DNA of 63,529 nt, filler included, from Thraustochytrium aureum (GCA_012862495.1; 5 parts of 4 records of this genome joined end to end with filler, not necessarily neighbours in it); one strand, 5' to 3'. Counted from the whole stretch's first letter, positions 36,251 through 47,438 are shown. Made by a program: numbers and translations. The notes: generated by a model not told the origin, from the letters alone.

Positions 36251-37278
36251 GCCAATCAATACGTGAACTTGCTTCCAAACAACCTCAGCTTTTCCGTTTT
36301 GTCTTCGTGTGGGACGCTACTACTAAGTAGGCACTCTACGCCTCGCTCGAGCGCGCTGGGAGGTGTCGCTCGGGCTCGGCCGTCGTTCGTGTGTTGTTGA
36401 TTGTTGGTAGCAAATGAGCTCGAGCTCGAACACGGCCAGGTCCGTCGCAACGCATTGTTTGATTTCCTCGACTGCGCCCCCAGCCAGCGCATCTCGACTT
36501 GGACTTCACGAGCACCAAGACTTCCAAGGACCACGCACTCGCCGCATCGCTTCGAGCGGCCAACCCCCGCGTCAACCGCAGAGCCCTGCCGGCGGACACA
36601 AGTTGTGGTTTTGGGAGTTCTCCCAGAATCGACGTGCAAGAGCGCAGCAAGCGGCACGTTGGGAGGCCGAATCTGATCATGATGGCCAGCAGTGGCTGCA
36701 TTACATCCTCATCCGGGGATGACTCTCTTCGCCAGATCACGTGCGGCACTCAACGGCCTTGGCACTGCCGGCCGTGACTGTCCCTGAGTCAGTCGCAGAG
36801 TTGTCGTTCATCATGTGATACCTTCTCCACTTCTGCCTCACCAGCTTTCATGCCGACGACGTGACGCGAGGCACGTGCAGGGGGGGCAATTCGGCGACGC
36901 GCAGGCGGTGGGAGCTCTCACGGCGACGTCAGCGCGGCGTCAGCGACTCGAGACATGGTGCCGGTCGCTGGCAATCGTAGTCATACGCAAACTGGCTGGC
37001 GGACACGCGGTGCGAAGGGGGAGGGGGAGTTTTCCGTCGTTTTCCATCATCAAAACCAACGTGCACGGTGGCTGCATCTGGGACTCGGAGACACGCGTTT
37101 GCGATTTTGCGGTTCGCAGTCTGGCGAGGGGCGCACGCCGGAATTCATCAGCTTCGGTGCTTGCAGTCCTCCCCGCAGGTCAGTGCAACCTTTCAGAGGC
37201 AACGTGCCGTGGAGTGCAGTCACCAAACACGCAGCGACGGCGAAGCTCATCAAGAATCATCAGCACTCTACGAAGAAG

Positions 37279-38472
37279 ATGGGGATCCGAATCGCGGCAG
37301 CGGCGTTGGCCGCCGCGGCAGCCGCCGCAACACCAAGCTTTGCTGCTGGCAGCTTCCATTCGACAATGACCGTCACGGCCACAGCTTTCGAGGACCTCGA
37401 ATTCGACAAACGGTTCGAGTTCGGCGACCTTGTCGTCGATCCTCCGGGCCTCCTTGAGCGGTTCATCTTCGCGGCCGGATCGGCGTGCGAGATCCGGTAC
37501 ACCGCGCTTCCATGGGTGGTAAACTGCGAGGTCGATGTCGCGATCGCCATGGACAACTCTACGTTCAACAACGGCGAGCCAGTCGTGTTCCAGGCCTTTG
37601 TCGGCGCCGTGTTCTCGCAGAGCGTCGTTAATGGTGACACGGACAGCAACTTGGAGATTCGCTACGGTGTGACAACGCCGAAGATCGACCTCAACCTGAA
37701 ATGGGCCGAGGCGTTCGGGCTTGACCTGAACGTGCCCTCCTACACGTTTCCGCCCGACGCGGACCAGATTGGCCTGCAGGTGCCGCTCGGGCTGGTCTCC
37801 AATGGCGTCTGCTTGGCAGAGAACCTCCCAGAACTCGCGAGTTTGCTCATCGCCGTCAACCCCCAGCTCCGCGTCGCAGCAGAGGCCATCGACAAGATCT
37901 CCGACATCACCGGGACCGACATTTGCGCCAAGTTGGCTGAACTCGTGATTGCCGAGGACGGCACTCCAGGCGTGGCGCTGAAGATGGTCGTGTCGCTTCA
38001 CTTCCTGGATGAGGCGCTGATGGATGAGCTCAACCCAGCGGCGCGCGCGCTGGTTGTTCAGCTCCGCAACGCCTTGCTCAAACGCGACTCAGGGATTGTC
38101 TTGTCAGCTGACTTGGGCAAGCTCATCTTTGACAGACTCTCTGGGAAGTCAGAGCTGGCCGGCACGACAGCGGACACTTTGGATGGCGTCCTCGACAAGA
38201 ACGGTACATTCCTCTTCGGCTCGTTCACGCAGCTTGCCTCGGACGACAAGTTGACTCCTGGGTCGCCAGAGTCGCCCGAGGCCACCGAGGGGGAGCTCTC
38301 CCTTGTCGGACCGCTTGTGGGGACCGGCGTGGTTTTGGCGCTTGCGGCTCTGGCAAGTGTGGCGTTTGTGCGCGCTCGGCGCGCCAAGCAGCAGAACGAA
38401 TCAGTCGACCCCATGCAAGACCCCGTGGCCCACCGGGTTCAAGTTGCCAACCCGCGCTGGGGCACGGTTTGA
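37279..38472 (+). CDS. Uncharacterised type I single-pass membrane protein
   Basis: Signal peptide MGIRIAAAALAAAAAAATPSFA, about 330-aa ectodomain with 4 Cys, TM LVGPLVGTGVVLALAALASVAFV followed by RARRAK, short tail. Confidence 0.75.
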   Translation: MGIRIAAAALAAAAAAATPSFAAGSFHSTMTVTATAFEDLEFDKRFEFGDLVVDPPGLLERFIFAAGSACEIRYTALPWVVNCEVDVAIAMDNSTFNNGEPVVFQAFVGAVFSQSVVNGDTDSNLEIRYGVTTPKIDLNLKWAEAFGLDLNVPSYTFPPDADQIGLQVPLGLVSNGVCLAENLPELASLLIAVNPQLRVAAEAIDKISDITGTDICAKLAELVIAEDGTPGVALKMVVSLHFLDEALMDELNPAARALVVQLRNALLKRDSGIVLSADLGKLIFDRLSGKSELAGTTADTLDGVLDKNGTFLFGSFTQLASDDKLTPGSPESPEATEGELSLVGPLVGTGVVLALAALASVAFVRARRAKQQNESVDPMQDPVAHRVQVANPRWGTV

Positions 38473-38870
38473 GAATTAGATTGAGACCAAGANNNNNNNN
38501 NNNNNNNNNNNNNNNNNNNNNNNNNNNNNNNNNNNNNNNNNNNNNNNNNNNNNNNNNNNNNNNNNNNNNNNNNNNNNNNNNNNNNNNNNNNNNNNNNNNN
38601 NNNNNNNNNNNNNNNNNNNNNNNNNNNNNNNNNNNNNNNNNNNNNNNNNNNNNNNNNNNNNNNNNNNNNNNNNNNNNNNNNNNNNNNNNNNNNNNNNNNN
38701 NNNNNNNNNNNNNNNNNAAAGCGTCAAAATTGGATCGATCCCGTAAATCTGCGTTTACCTACCCCTGGTCTAGGATGGGTGCGTGGCACCTTGCGGCAAC
38801 CCGCGCGAGCCTTTCGGTCCCTTGCGATTTCTGCTGTGCTCTACCTGCGCTTTTAAACTCTAAGAATTGG

Positions 38871-40724
38871 TCAGGCCCCGTTGCGCAGCGTGGCACACTC
38901 TCGCTTGTGGGTTTCGCGCCAGTCCCTGACCTGGCAGTCACGGCCGCAGTACGCGCGTTGGTGGCACGCGCCGCACTGCATCTGGGCTCGGCTAAAGCAC
39001 CCACTTGCGCTGCACGTCTCCATTGGCAAGCTTGTTCCGGGCACTGTCAGTCTGGCATCAAAGGCGTTGTTCGCTCTCGGTGGCGACGCGGGCTGCTGCT
39101 CGGGCGTTAAACTACCACCACTTTGCTGCTGCAGCAGCTGCTGCTGCTGGCGCTCATTGAATTTTGTGTAGTCTGGGTTGCGTGGTGACTGCGACGGGTC
39201 GTACCAACGGCGGAAAGGGTCGTCAGTGTCGATAAGCGCTGCGTGCGAGGCGTGTCGGTCTAGCATGCCACTGCCTTGTGGCACCTCAAGGCTCGGCGGC
39301 TCGGTTGAGAACTGGGACGAGCCGGACTGGACCCTGTGAAGAGAGTTGGGTTGAAATATCACCCCACGCAGGTCTTGGTCCAGAGGTGCGGACTGTGAGT
39401 TGAACGACATTCTTCGGGCCTGCGACATCGCCGCTTCGCCGCCATTTCCAATCATGAGCTGCTCCTCCTCCTCGGAGGTCATCGCAGCGCGGCGCCAAAT
39501 GTCGCTTGTCTTGCGCCAATGGCGCACGAGGCGGCTAATGTACCGTTCATCGAGCAAGTGCATCATGGTTGCGTGGCACAGGTGGCGGTCCTCTGTTTCT
39601 TGCTCCATTAGCTTTTCGTCGTCCGTGCCGTTGGTGTAGCCGAGGATGGGGAAATGGTACGGGCGCTTTGAAAACACCTTCTTGAACTGGGAGGCCCCTT
39701 GACGGTTGTCAAACTGGTGGTGGAGGTTGACGAGGACAGCATCGAACTCGTCGAGGCGGCTTCGCAAGATGATCTGCTTTGCTTGGTCCAGGCTAAAAGC
39801 GAGGACAGTGTTGAGCCCAACCTCGCCGAGCATGTACATGAACAGGCGTTGGTATCCCACGTCGGGCTCCACAATGAGCACCGAGCCGACTACCTTGTTC
39901 TTGGACGGCTTGGAGCGACCTGCAGCCGGGTCTGGGCCGTTGTACTGGAGCTTTTTGGACTTGGCGACGCTGCCTGGCATGGGGACAATCGCGGCCTTGG
40001 CCTCCTCGCCTTCAATGAACGGGTAGATGATTCCGTAGCGCAAGTACCAGCACGCAAACCCAAACATGTTCTTGGCAAGCAGGTCGCCGATAGCGTGCCC
40101 GATGGCTTCACCCTCCGTGCTGATGATATCAAGTACGGGAGGGCCCAAGAAGTACAGGATTGGGAAGATGAACCAACTCGCAAAGAAGAGACAAGTAACT
40201 CCGACGAGCACGTGCCAAAGGTGACCTGGGTAAGAGTCCTTGCGCATCAGCTCCAAATGCACCGTCTCGTAGACGAGGGACAGGCTCACGCACAGGGCAA
40301 TCGACAGAAAAACACCCTTCCAAACCGGCGAGGACTGGAACGACGCAACAACACCAGCAGCCATGAGGACGAGGTCCCGAGTCACGATGAAGTTGATCTT
40401 GGTGAAAGAGATACGCGGCCCGAGCAAACCTATGGTCTGGAAGAAGCCCATGAGCATCGTCGGGCAGGTAATCATCCACGACATGTAGCGGCCGATGGCG
40501 ACAGGGCGGGCGCCGTCAGGGAAGACAATTGTTGCAAAGATGAATTCGCCTGCTCCGAAGGCAGTGAGCGTGTACACGATTGCGGTCACGCCTTGCACGT
40601 ACAACGGGTAGAGCAGGCAGCGACCTCGGCGGTACATGACCGCGTAGAAGCAGAAGAGCGAGCATGACGTGATTACGACGAGAAGGCTAGCCGCGAACGC
40701 GCCAGCGCCCTGCTCGAGCCCCAT
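38871..40724 (-). CDS. Channelrhodopsin-like protein B (probable anion channelrhodopsin) fused to a pseudo-receiver domain and a MYND zinc finger
   Basis: TM3 GRYMSWMITCPTML, TM4 RDLVLMAAG, TM6 SWFIFPILYFLGP, TM7 GHAIGDLLAKNMFG (Lys codon 40073-40071); VLIVEPDVGYQRLFMYML...FDAVLVNL...PILGYT; CSASGC..QCGAC..YCGRDCQVRDWRETHKREC. Confidence 0.92.
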   Translation of the reverse strand: MGLEQGAGAFAASLLVVITSCSLFCFYAVMYRRGRCLLYPLYVQGVTAIVYTLTAFGAGEFIFATIVFPDGARPVAIGRYMSWMITCPTMLMGFFQTIGLLGPRISFTKINFIVTRDLVLMAAGVVASFQSSPVWKGVFLSIALCVSLSLVYETVHLELMRKDSYPGHLWHVLVGVTCLFFASWFIFPILYFLGPPVLDIISTEGEAIGHAIGDLLAKNMFGFACWYLRYGIIYPFIEGEEAKAAIVPMPGSVAKSKKLQYNGPDPAAGRSKPSKNKVVGSVLIVEPDVGYQRLFMYMLGEVGLNTVLAFSLDQAKQIILRSRLDEFDAVLVNLHHQFDNRQGASQFKKVFSKRPYHFPILGYTNGTDDEKLMEQETEDRHLCHATMMHLLDERYISRLVRHWRKTSDIWRRAAMTSEEEEQLMIGNGGEAAMSQARRMSFNSQSAPLDQDLRGVIFQPNSLHRVQSGSSQFSTEPPSLEVPQGSGMLDRHASHAALIDTDDPFRRWYDPSQSPRNPDYTKFNERQQQQLLQQQSGGSLTPEQQPASPPRANNAFDARLTVPGTSLPMETCSASGCFSRAQMQCGACHQRAYCGRDCQVRDWRETHKRECATLRNGA

Positions 40725-41674
40725 GGCCGCTGCGGGGCGGGATTGGGTTCCCTCTTGCTAACTTGAATGCGGCAAACCAAGCGCGTTCCGTTCCGAAGCT
40801 TGATGTGCGCCTGGGATGGTCAACACCTTGCTCGATTGGGTGCGATTGCCAGTCGGTGTCCTTCGATCTTTGACGATGAATGGTGTCTGCCACCCCCGAG
40901 AGGTCGAGACTGCTCCAGCCAAGGTGCGATTAAGCGTCGCCGCGTTGTTGACAATATCGAATGTCCGGTCGACCCCAGAGGGCGGCAGGGAAGTGAGAGG
41001 GAGACGAGCTCAATTGCTTCAGGGTTGGACCACCGCGGAGTGCAGCTTCTTCGCAAATGGAGAAGCGAGCCGCCAGCACTTGCGTCCGTTGAAACGAGCC
41101 GGCGGGCGCGGAAAGAAATCAACATCCGCTTTCCAGCCCGCCTCCCCAAGGCCACCTCGTCTGCATGGGACCTGTCACATTGTTGTTGTGCTAGAACTTC
41201 CAATACCAGACCCGGCAACTTGGGGTTTCATCCGCGCAGCCAGTAGACGGAGAGGTCGAGAGCCGCAGACTGTGCTGCCGCTTCTAGCCACGGCTCGTTG
41301 ACGGCGCAGTGCTCGCACTGCTCGCAGTGGATGCCGCCTCCCTTAGGGGCCGCGCCGGAAGCTAGCTCGTAACGGGTAGGATCCGTTGAGCTGTTTGCTT
41401 NNNNNNNNNNNNNNNNNNNNNNNNNNNNNNNNNNNNNNNNNNNNNNNNNNNNNNNNNNNNNNNNNNNNNNNNNNNNNNNNNNNNNNNNNNNNNNNNNNNN
41501 NNNNNNNNNNNNNNNNNNNNNNNNNNNNNNNNNNNNNNNNNNNNNNNNNNNNNNNNNNNNNNNNNNNNNNNNNNNNNNNNNNNNNNNNNNNNNNNNNNNN
41601 NNNNNNNNNNNNNNNNNNNNNNNNNNNNNNNNNNNNNNNNNNNNNNNNNNNNNNNNNNNTCAAAGGGCGGCTCG

Positions 41675-43130
41675 TCAAGGGGAAAGCGCTGGAGTGGGCG
41701 GCAAGTCGCCCCGAGTCTCGGGGAGTCGAAAATAGACGAATGCCGAGCAAAAGGCCCCGATGCAGCTGAGCGCGAAAAACGTCGGCGCCGGCCCGATCGC
41801 GTTGTCAACTACTGGAAATCCGAACGAGACGCAGATGTTGAAGACCCAGCAGGCCACGTTGGTGAACACGAGCGCCTTCGGGCGGACAAGGCGGGGAAAC
41901 GTCTCCGAGGCCATCAAGAAGAACAGCGAGCCAGGGCCGATCTCAAAGAAGAAAATGAAGCCCATGAGCGCCGCGATCGTCACAAAAGCTCTAATCCCTC
42001 CCGCAGCGTCCTGCAAAAATGCGCTCCCGCCTGCTAGGACAAGCGACGACGCGGTCATGCCGACGAGGGCGGACAGCATGAGCGGCCTGCGCCCGAGGCG
42101 GTCGACAAGCAAGGTCGCCACGAAGACCGAGACAAAGTTCCAGGCACCAATAACGGCGACCGTCAGCGCGAGCACGTTGTGGAATCCAGCGTCCTTGAAT
42201 ATCTGCGGGCTGTAGAATATAATGGCGTTGATCCCGGTGAGCTGTGCAGAGCAAGCGAGCCCCAAGCCGATGCCTGCCCACTCGAGGCCCTGTCGAGTCA
42301 TCAGCAGCTTGCGCCACGTGTACGCTTTGCTCGCGCCACCCCGTCTTGCGCCTCGGCAGTCTCCTCCTCTTGCAACAGCCGATCTGCAACGGTCTCGTCG
42401 GCTTGGCCGTTCTCGTCCTGCAGACCATGCGAGCCTTCCGCGCCGCCAGGCGCACCAGCCCGCGCCCGGCGGGGCCCTGCAGCCTCCCAGTCCGAAGGAT
42501 CCAGTCCGAAGACTCTTGGAACCCTAACAGCGCGTGAAGAATCATAACAGCGGCAGGCACGGCTCCGAGGCTGAGCTGCAGGCGCCATTTCCACGGCTCG
42601 ACGCACATGTGGTCCACGTCGCTTGGCGTGAAATCCGGGTCAAAGGCCAAGTTGAGCGCCTGCGCGAGCAAAATCGAAAAGCAGATTGCTATTTGGAACA
42701 CGGTCCCCACCGAGCCGCGACGAGCGGGCTCGCACACTTCCGTGACGTAGAGCGGGCAGAGGACCGAAACGCCTCCAACGGGCACCCCCGTCAGCGTGCG
42801 CAAGAGCACGGCCAGCCAGAACGAATCCGCCGCCCCCAGCGCCGCGGCAAGCAGACCGGCGGCCCCGCAGGCCAAGTAAGCCTTCCGCCGTCCGAAGTGG
42901 TCAGCAAACGGCACGCCAACAATCGCGCCAGCAATGCCCCCGACCAAAATGCTCGCCGTGAACATCCCGCTCAGCGCCGCCTGCTCCGCGTCCGCCTCTG
43001 GCTCCATCGGCACGCTCGGAAAGAAGTGGCACTGCACCATCGAGCTGGTCAGCCCGCTCACGACGGCCGAGTTGTACCCAAAGTACGTCCCAGCCGCAAG
43101 GCTCATCAAAATCGCATGGCGCTGCGACAT
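41675..43130 (-). CDS. MFS sugar porter family transporter; frameshift(s) near 42300-42490
   Basis: FGYNSAVVSG, ADHFGRRK, PLYVTEVCEPARRG, QLTGINAIIFYSPQIF, VDRLGRRPL, LPETRG. Confidence 0.9.
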
Positions 43131-43564
43131 CCAGCGCGCTGCCACAGCCAGGCCACCAAAGCAAACCAGAACCAAACGCAACCGCGCCACAGCCGGCACC
43201 GATGTGGCCGTCGAGCGCGCTCTGCTCGCAAGCGCCGCCGCGCGCCACCGTCGCCTCGCACTCTTCTGGGCTCTGTTCTTGTCCCACGGCGCAGAACATA
43301 GAACAAAANNNNNNNNNNNNNNNNNNNNNNNNNNNNNNNNNNNNNNNNNNNNNNNNNNNNNNNNNNNNNNNNNNNNNNNNNNNNNNNNNNNNNNNNNNNN
43401 NNNNNNNNNNNNNNNNNNNNNNNNNNNNNNNNNNNNNNNNNNNNNNNNNNNNNNNNNNNNNNNNNNNNNNNNNNNNNNNNNNNNNNNNNNNNNNNNNNNN
43501 NNNNNNNNNNNNNNNNNNNNNNNNNNNNNNNNNNNNNNNNNNNNNNNNNNNNNNNNNNNNNNNN

Positions 43565-43955
43565 AGAACAACGGTAATAGAACAAAATAGAACAAAATAG
43601 AACAAAATAGAACAAAATAGAACAAAATAGAACAAAATAGAACAAAATAGAACAAAATAGAACAAAATAGAACAAAGTAGAACAAAGTAGAACAAAGTAG
43701 AACAAAATAGAACAAAATAGAACAATAGAACAAAACAGAACAGAACAGAACAGAACAGAACAGAACAGAACAAAGTAGAACAATAGAACGAAATAGAACA
43801 ATTGAACAATTGAACAAAGTAGAACAATAGAACAAAATAGAACAAAATAGAACATAATAGAACATAATAGAACATAATAGAACAAAGTAGAACAATAGAA
43901 CGAAATAGAACAATAGAACAAATACAGAACAGAACAGAACAGAGCAGAACAGAGC
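43565..43955. repeat. AT-rich satellite built from AGAAC / AGAACAAAAT units
   Basis: Tandem 10-mers, 5-mers and variants; probably extends through the gap from about 43292. Confidence 0.95.
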
Positions 43956-44321
43956 AGGGTGTGCACCAAGCGTGCGAAGGGCGCGAGCGAGCGAGCGAGC
44001 GTGTGCACGCCAGCCACTCCATCATTCCTTCATTCCTTCATCGTCGTTCGCTTCAGCAAGGCCGAACTGTGCTGCGCTGCTGTTGTGCACGCGAGCAGAG
44101 CTGCGAGGAGGAGCGGCACACGCAGCGCGCACCGGCCGGACGAGCGAGCGAGCGACCGAGCGCCGAGCGACCACGTTGGGCTGCTTGCGCCGGCTGGGCT
44201 GCTGCCGCCGCGGCTGGTTGCTGCTTGCTGTTCTGGCTGCTGCTGGGTGCTGGCGGAGGTGGGCGTTGAAGCGCTGCGCGCGTGCGGCGAGCGCGCTTGA
44301 GGCGCGGCGAGGCGAGGCAGG

Positions 44322-44930
44322 ATGAGTGCGGATATGACCTGGAGCGAGACGATGAACGAGGTGCTGGACTCGCATGAGGTGCGCGAGAGCGTGGGCGAGG
44401 TCCTGCTGTGGGAAAACCCGACGACGAGCGGGCTCTGGTTTGGCGCTGGGCTTGCGCTGTACATTATGGTGGATGTGTTCCAAATCGGGCTGATGACTAT
44501 CATTGGAAGCATCGCAATCTTGCAGCTGCTCGTGTACAGGATATCGCTGTTCCTGCAAGGCAAAGGGATGGCCTTTGAGGACGTTGACCTCAAGGAGAAA
44601 CTCGTGCTGACCCCGGACCCTGCCAATGTCGCGAAGACCGTAGAGGTTGCTGGCGACGTGCTCCGCATTGTGGAGGAGTCCATCAAGGAGCTATCGCTGA
44701 CCTCGGATTACCTTCGCCTTGCGCAGGGCTTTAGCGTTCTGCTGTTCCTCAGCGCGCTGGGGCGCGTCATCACACTCCCCGTGCTGCTCCTTGCTACGTG
44801 GATCCTCTCCTTCAGCGGTCCTGTTGTGTACGTCAAAAACCAAGAGCGCATCGACGCGATCATGGACAAGTCGTTCGAGGCAACCGAGATGCTGCTGGAC
44901 CAGGCTGACGTCAAGGTCAAGGCGCGCTAG
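44322..44930 (+). CDS. Reticulon family protein
   Basis: VGEVLLWENPTTSGLWFG, two long hydrophobic hairpins, FSGPVVYVKNQERID; C-terminal KVKAR. Confidence 0.85.
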   Translation: MSADMTWSETMNEVLDSHEVRESVGEVLLWENPTTSGLWFGAGLALYIMVDVFQIGLMTIIGSIAILQLLVYRISLFLQGKGMAFEDVDLKEKLVLTPDPANVAKTVEVAGDVLRIVEESIKELSLTSDYLRLAQGFSVLLFLSALGRVITLPVLLLATWILSFSGPVVYVKNQERIDAIMDKSFEATEMLLDQADVKVKAR

Positions 44931-45118
44931 CCTGCTGGAGCCGCGCTATCAGCGCTGGCCCGGATCGGCTCGGCTCGGCGCAGCGACTGCGCGGGCGCGC
45001 CGAGCGGATCAATCTCGCCAAATGAACTTGAATATCTACACACTCTCTCTCACACATGCCATTCTGGTCCCCCGNNNNNNNNNNNNNNNNNNNNNNNNNN
45101 NNNNNNNNNNNNNNNNNN

Positions 45119-45130
45119 TTAATTAATTAA
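45119..45130. other. Artificial scaffold linker
   Basis: TTAATTAATTAA within Ns. Confidence 0.95.
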
Positions 45131-45174
45131 NNNNNNNNNNNNNNNNNNNNNNNNNNNNNNNNNNNNNNNNNNNN

Positions 45175-46222
45175 GAAGCTGGCCAACATAGACACGCGGC
45201 ATCGCGACGAGCTCTCTGCTGGGACCCAGCGCGAGGCCAACCCCACGCTCGAGCAACGCATCCGGTACTTGACAAAAGCGCTCATGTACGCCAACGCCGA
45301 GGCGGGCCTCGGCGGGGAGGCGCGCGGGATCAACCTGACGTACCTCAAAGACGAGCTGGACGTTGCGCGTTTGCAGAGCCAAGTCCTCGATGCGCTCGCG
45401 GACGACACGCGGCGTCTTGAGGCGGCGCTGCCAGAGCACGTCTCCGACGAGGTCAAGGAGGAGCTCGAGCAGCGCTCGCGCGCGCTGGAGACGCTGTCCC
45501 GCACCTTGCAAAACCCGACGAGCCTCTACAACGACTTTGCCTACCGGTTCGGCCTCTGGGAGGCGTGCATCAAGATCATTCGCGAGTGCGAGCACTCGGC
45601 GTCGGATGAGCTCTCCGCGGAGATCCGGGGCCTGTACAAGCGCATCCTGCAGGACGCCGCCGCGCCGCTCGTCAACGCCACTTTCGAGGCGCTCGCAAAC
45701 GCGCTGAGCGTCACTGTGCTGGACCTCGGCCGCAAGTTTTACGCAGACGGGGCGGAGCGCAGCAAGGCGTTCGTCTTCCCAGTCGAGTTTCTCGTTCAGG
45801 GTCTTGAAGACCTCGCCATGTTTCACCCCCACTCAAACGGGCCGCAGCCCTGGGACTCGTGGGTGCTCAAGACCTTAATCGAAGTCGGCGTCTCCTTTCA
45901 CGAGGTGTTTCACGCCTACAGCGAGTACATGCGGGTGATCAAGTGCGATGCGGCGCCACTGGGCCTCAGCTTCCTGTACGAATCGGATGAGGAGTTCGAG
46001 TACTCGGACCGGTCCAAGTTTCGTGTGGCCAAGGCTATCGTTGAGCTCGTCAATCGCTGGAGTCGCGCCTCGCGAGCTGTGCTGTGCGATTCGCGCGTGG
46101 GCGATCTCCTGGAGGGGCTCTCCATCTTTGTCGGCGGACTCCACAGCGACGACGTTAGCGACGCTGACCGGGCTGAGTTGAAGGCCAACCTCGAGGTGCT
46201 CATCGCAAAGGTCCGGGACTGA
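45175..46222 (+). CDS. NUP155: Nucleoporin Nup155/Nup170 C-terminal part
   Basis: PTLEQRIRYLTKAL, LKDELDVARLQSQVL, SLYNDFAYRFGLWEACIKII, FVFPVEFLVQGLE, WVLKTLIEVGVSF. Confidence 0.75.
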
Positions 46223-46535
46223 GGTGGACTGTTGAGCTGCAGACCACCAGCCAAGCCCACCGAGGGCGCTTTGAGTGGCTTCCTTGGCGATGTTTTGATT
46301 GGCGTCTTTTATGTTTTGGTCACGACGAGCCCCGCCTCGCCTCAGCGGCCGGAGAGAAACGAGGGAGCGCAGATGGCATGGTAGAGCAAAAGTGAAAGCA
46401 ACAAGTAACCCGCATCAGCCGTGATTGATTTTGTTTGCTCGCCGTCGTGGCGAGCTCCGCGGAGCGCGGTTCAGAGTGCACAGTGTCTCGGGTCTCGGGC
46501 AAGACACTCGGAAAGAAAAAAGCGCGCCACGCGCG

Positions 46536-47438
46536 CTAGTCGTTGTTGTCAGAGGAATCGTTGCCGTCAAAGTTGGGCCATTTGCTGGTTTGCACGCCCC
46601 ACCACGCCAGCGACTTGCGTTGGTAGCCCTCGTCTTCCGGGATCATGGGAGGCTCTGCGAGCATGACCTTGCGCCCGTTCCTGTCGCGCGGGTAGATGTC
46701 GTGCGAGTCGAGGTTGGTCGCAAGGAAGCCCCAGCCAAAGTTGGCATCCCCAGGACTGCACTCGGCATCCGTGGGCAGGTCGAGGTACTTTGCCATTGCC
46801 TCCTTGACGAGCTGGTTCAAAGGCAGCGTCCAGTCCAGCCGCGGCGGCTCAGGCGCAGGTGCTCGCGCCCCTTTCGCGGGAAACGGGCCTGATGAGGCGG
46901 TCCCAGAGCGGGGTTTCTGCGGCGCCCCGGCATGCTGCACCGACTTTAATGGTTTGGCCGGGGAGGCCGTTCTGCCAAGCGCCTGTTCCGCGGACGCCTT
47001 GGAGGGATTGCCACTCCCTGCCTCGGCATCCTTCGTCTTCGAGGACTTTTCCTTCTTGAGCTTTTTCACTTTCTTGACCAGTTTACTGTCCCTCTTGCCC
47101 GATCTGGCATCTTCGGCGTCGCCCTCCTTCTCATCCTTGTCGTCCTCGTCGTCAGCGCGGCCGCTCCGCTTGTGCGCCTTCGACCCGTTTGCCTTCGCAC
47201 CGGGCTTGTCGTCGTCGTTGTCGTCCTCCTCCTCGTCAAGCGAGGACACCTCGACGTCGTCCGATGGCGCTGCGGATGCGGCCTTGGCACGAGCAGCGCG
47301 CTCCGGCTCGGTCTCCCCGCGCTCCGGGCCGCCGAGGCAGATCCCTAGCGCGAGACCGGCTACGAGCGAGGCGTTCTCGCGAGTGGCCCACATGGGCTTG
47401 CCAACCGGCAGCGCAGCGCCACGCTCGCTGAGCGCCAC
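46536..47438 (-). CDS. Hypothetical protein, C-terminal part (acidic/Lys-rich)
   Basis: Open frame from the gap; charged low-complexity region then an ordered-looking tail (WGFLATNLDSHDIYP...WWGVQ). May be continuous with the 47562-48650 fragment. Confidence 0.5.
   Translation of the reverse strand: MALSERGAALPVGKPMWATRENASLVAGLALGICLGGPERGETEPERAARAKAASAAPSDDVEVSSLDEEEDDNDDDKPGAKANGSKAHKRSGRADDEDDKDEKEGDAEDARSGKRDSKLVKKVKKLKKEKSSKTKDAEAGSGNPSKASAEQALGRTASPAKPLKSVQHAGAPQKPRSGTASSGPFPAKGARAPAPEPPRLDWTLPLNQLVKEAMAKYLDLPTDAECSPGDANFGWGFLATNLDSHDIYPRDRNGRKVMLAEPPMIPEDEGYQRKSLAWWGVQTSKWPNFDGNDSSDNND

Noticed and set aside
34562..40724. Histidine-kinase rhodopsin, proton pump or heliorhodopsin
   Set aside because: No kinase or cyclase domain, no DTD/DTE motif, and TCP plus DL..K motifs in type-1 order indicate a channelrhodopsin.
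42901..44025. Long hydrophobic FCSILFY-repeat ORFs as membrane proteins
   Set aside because: They are translations of the AGAAC satellite.
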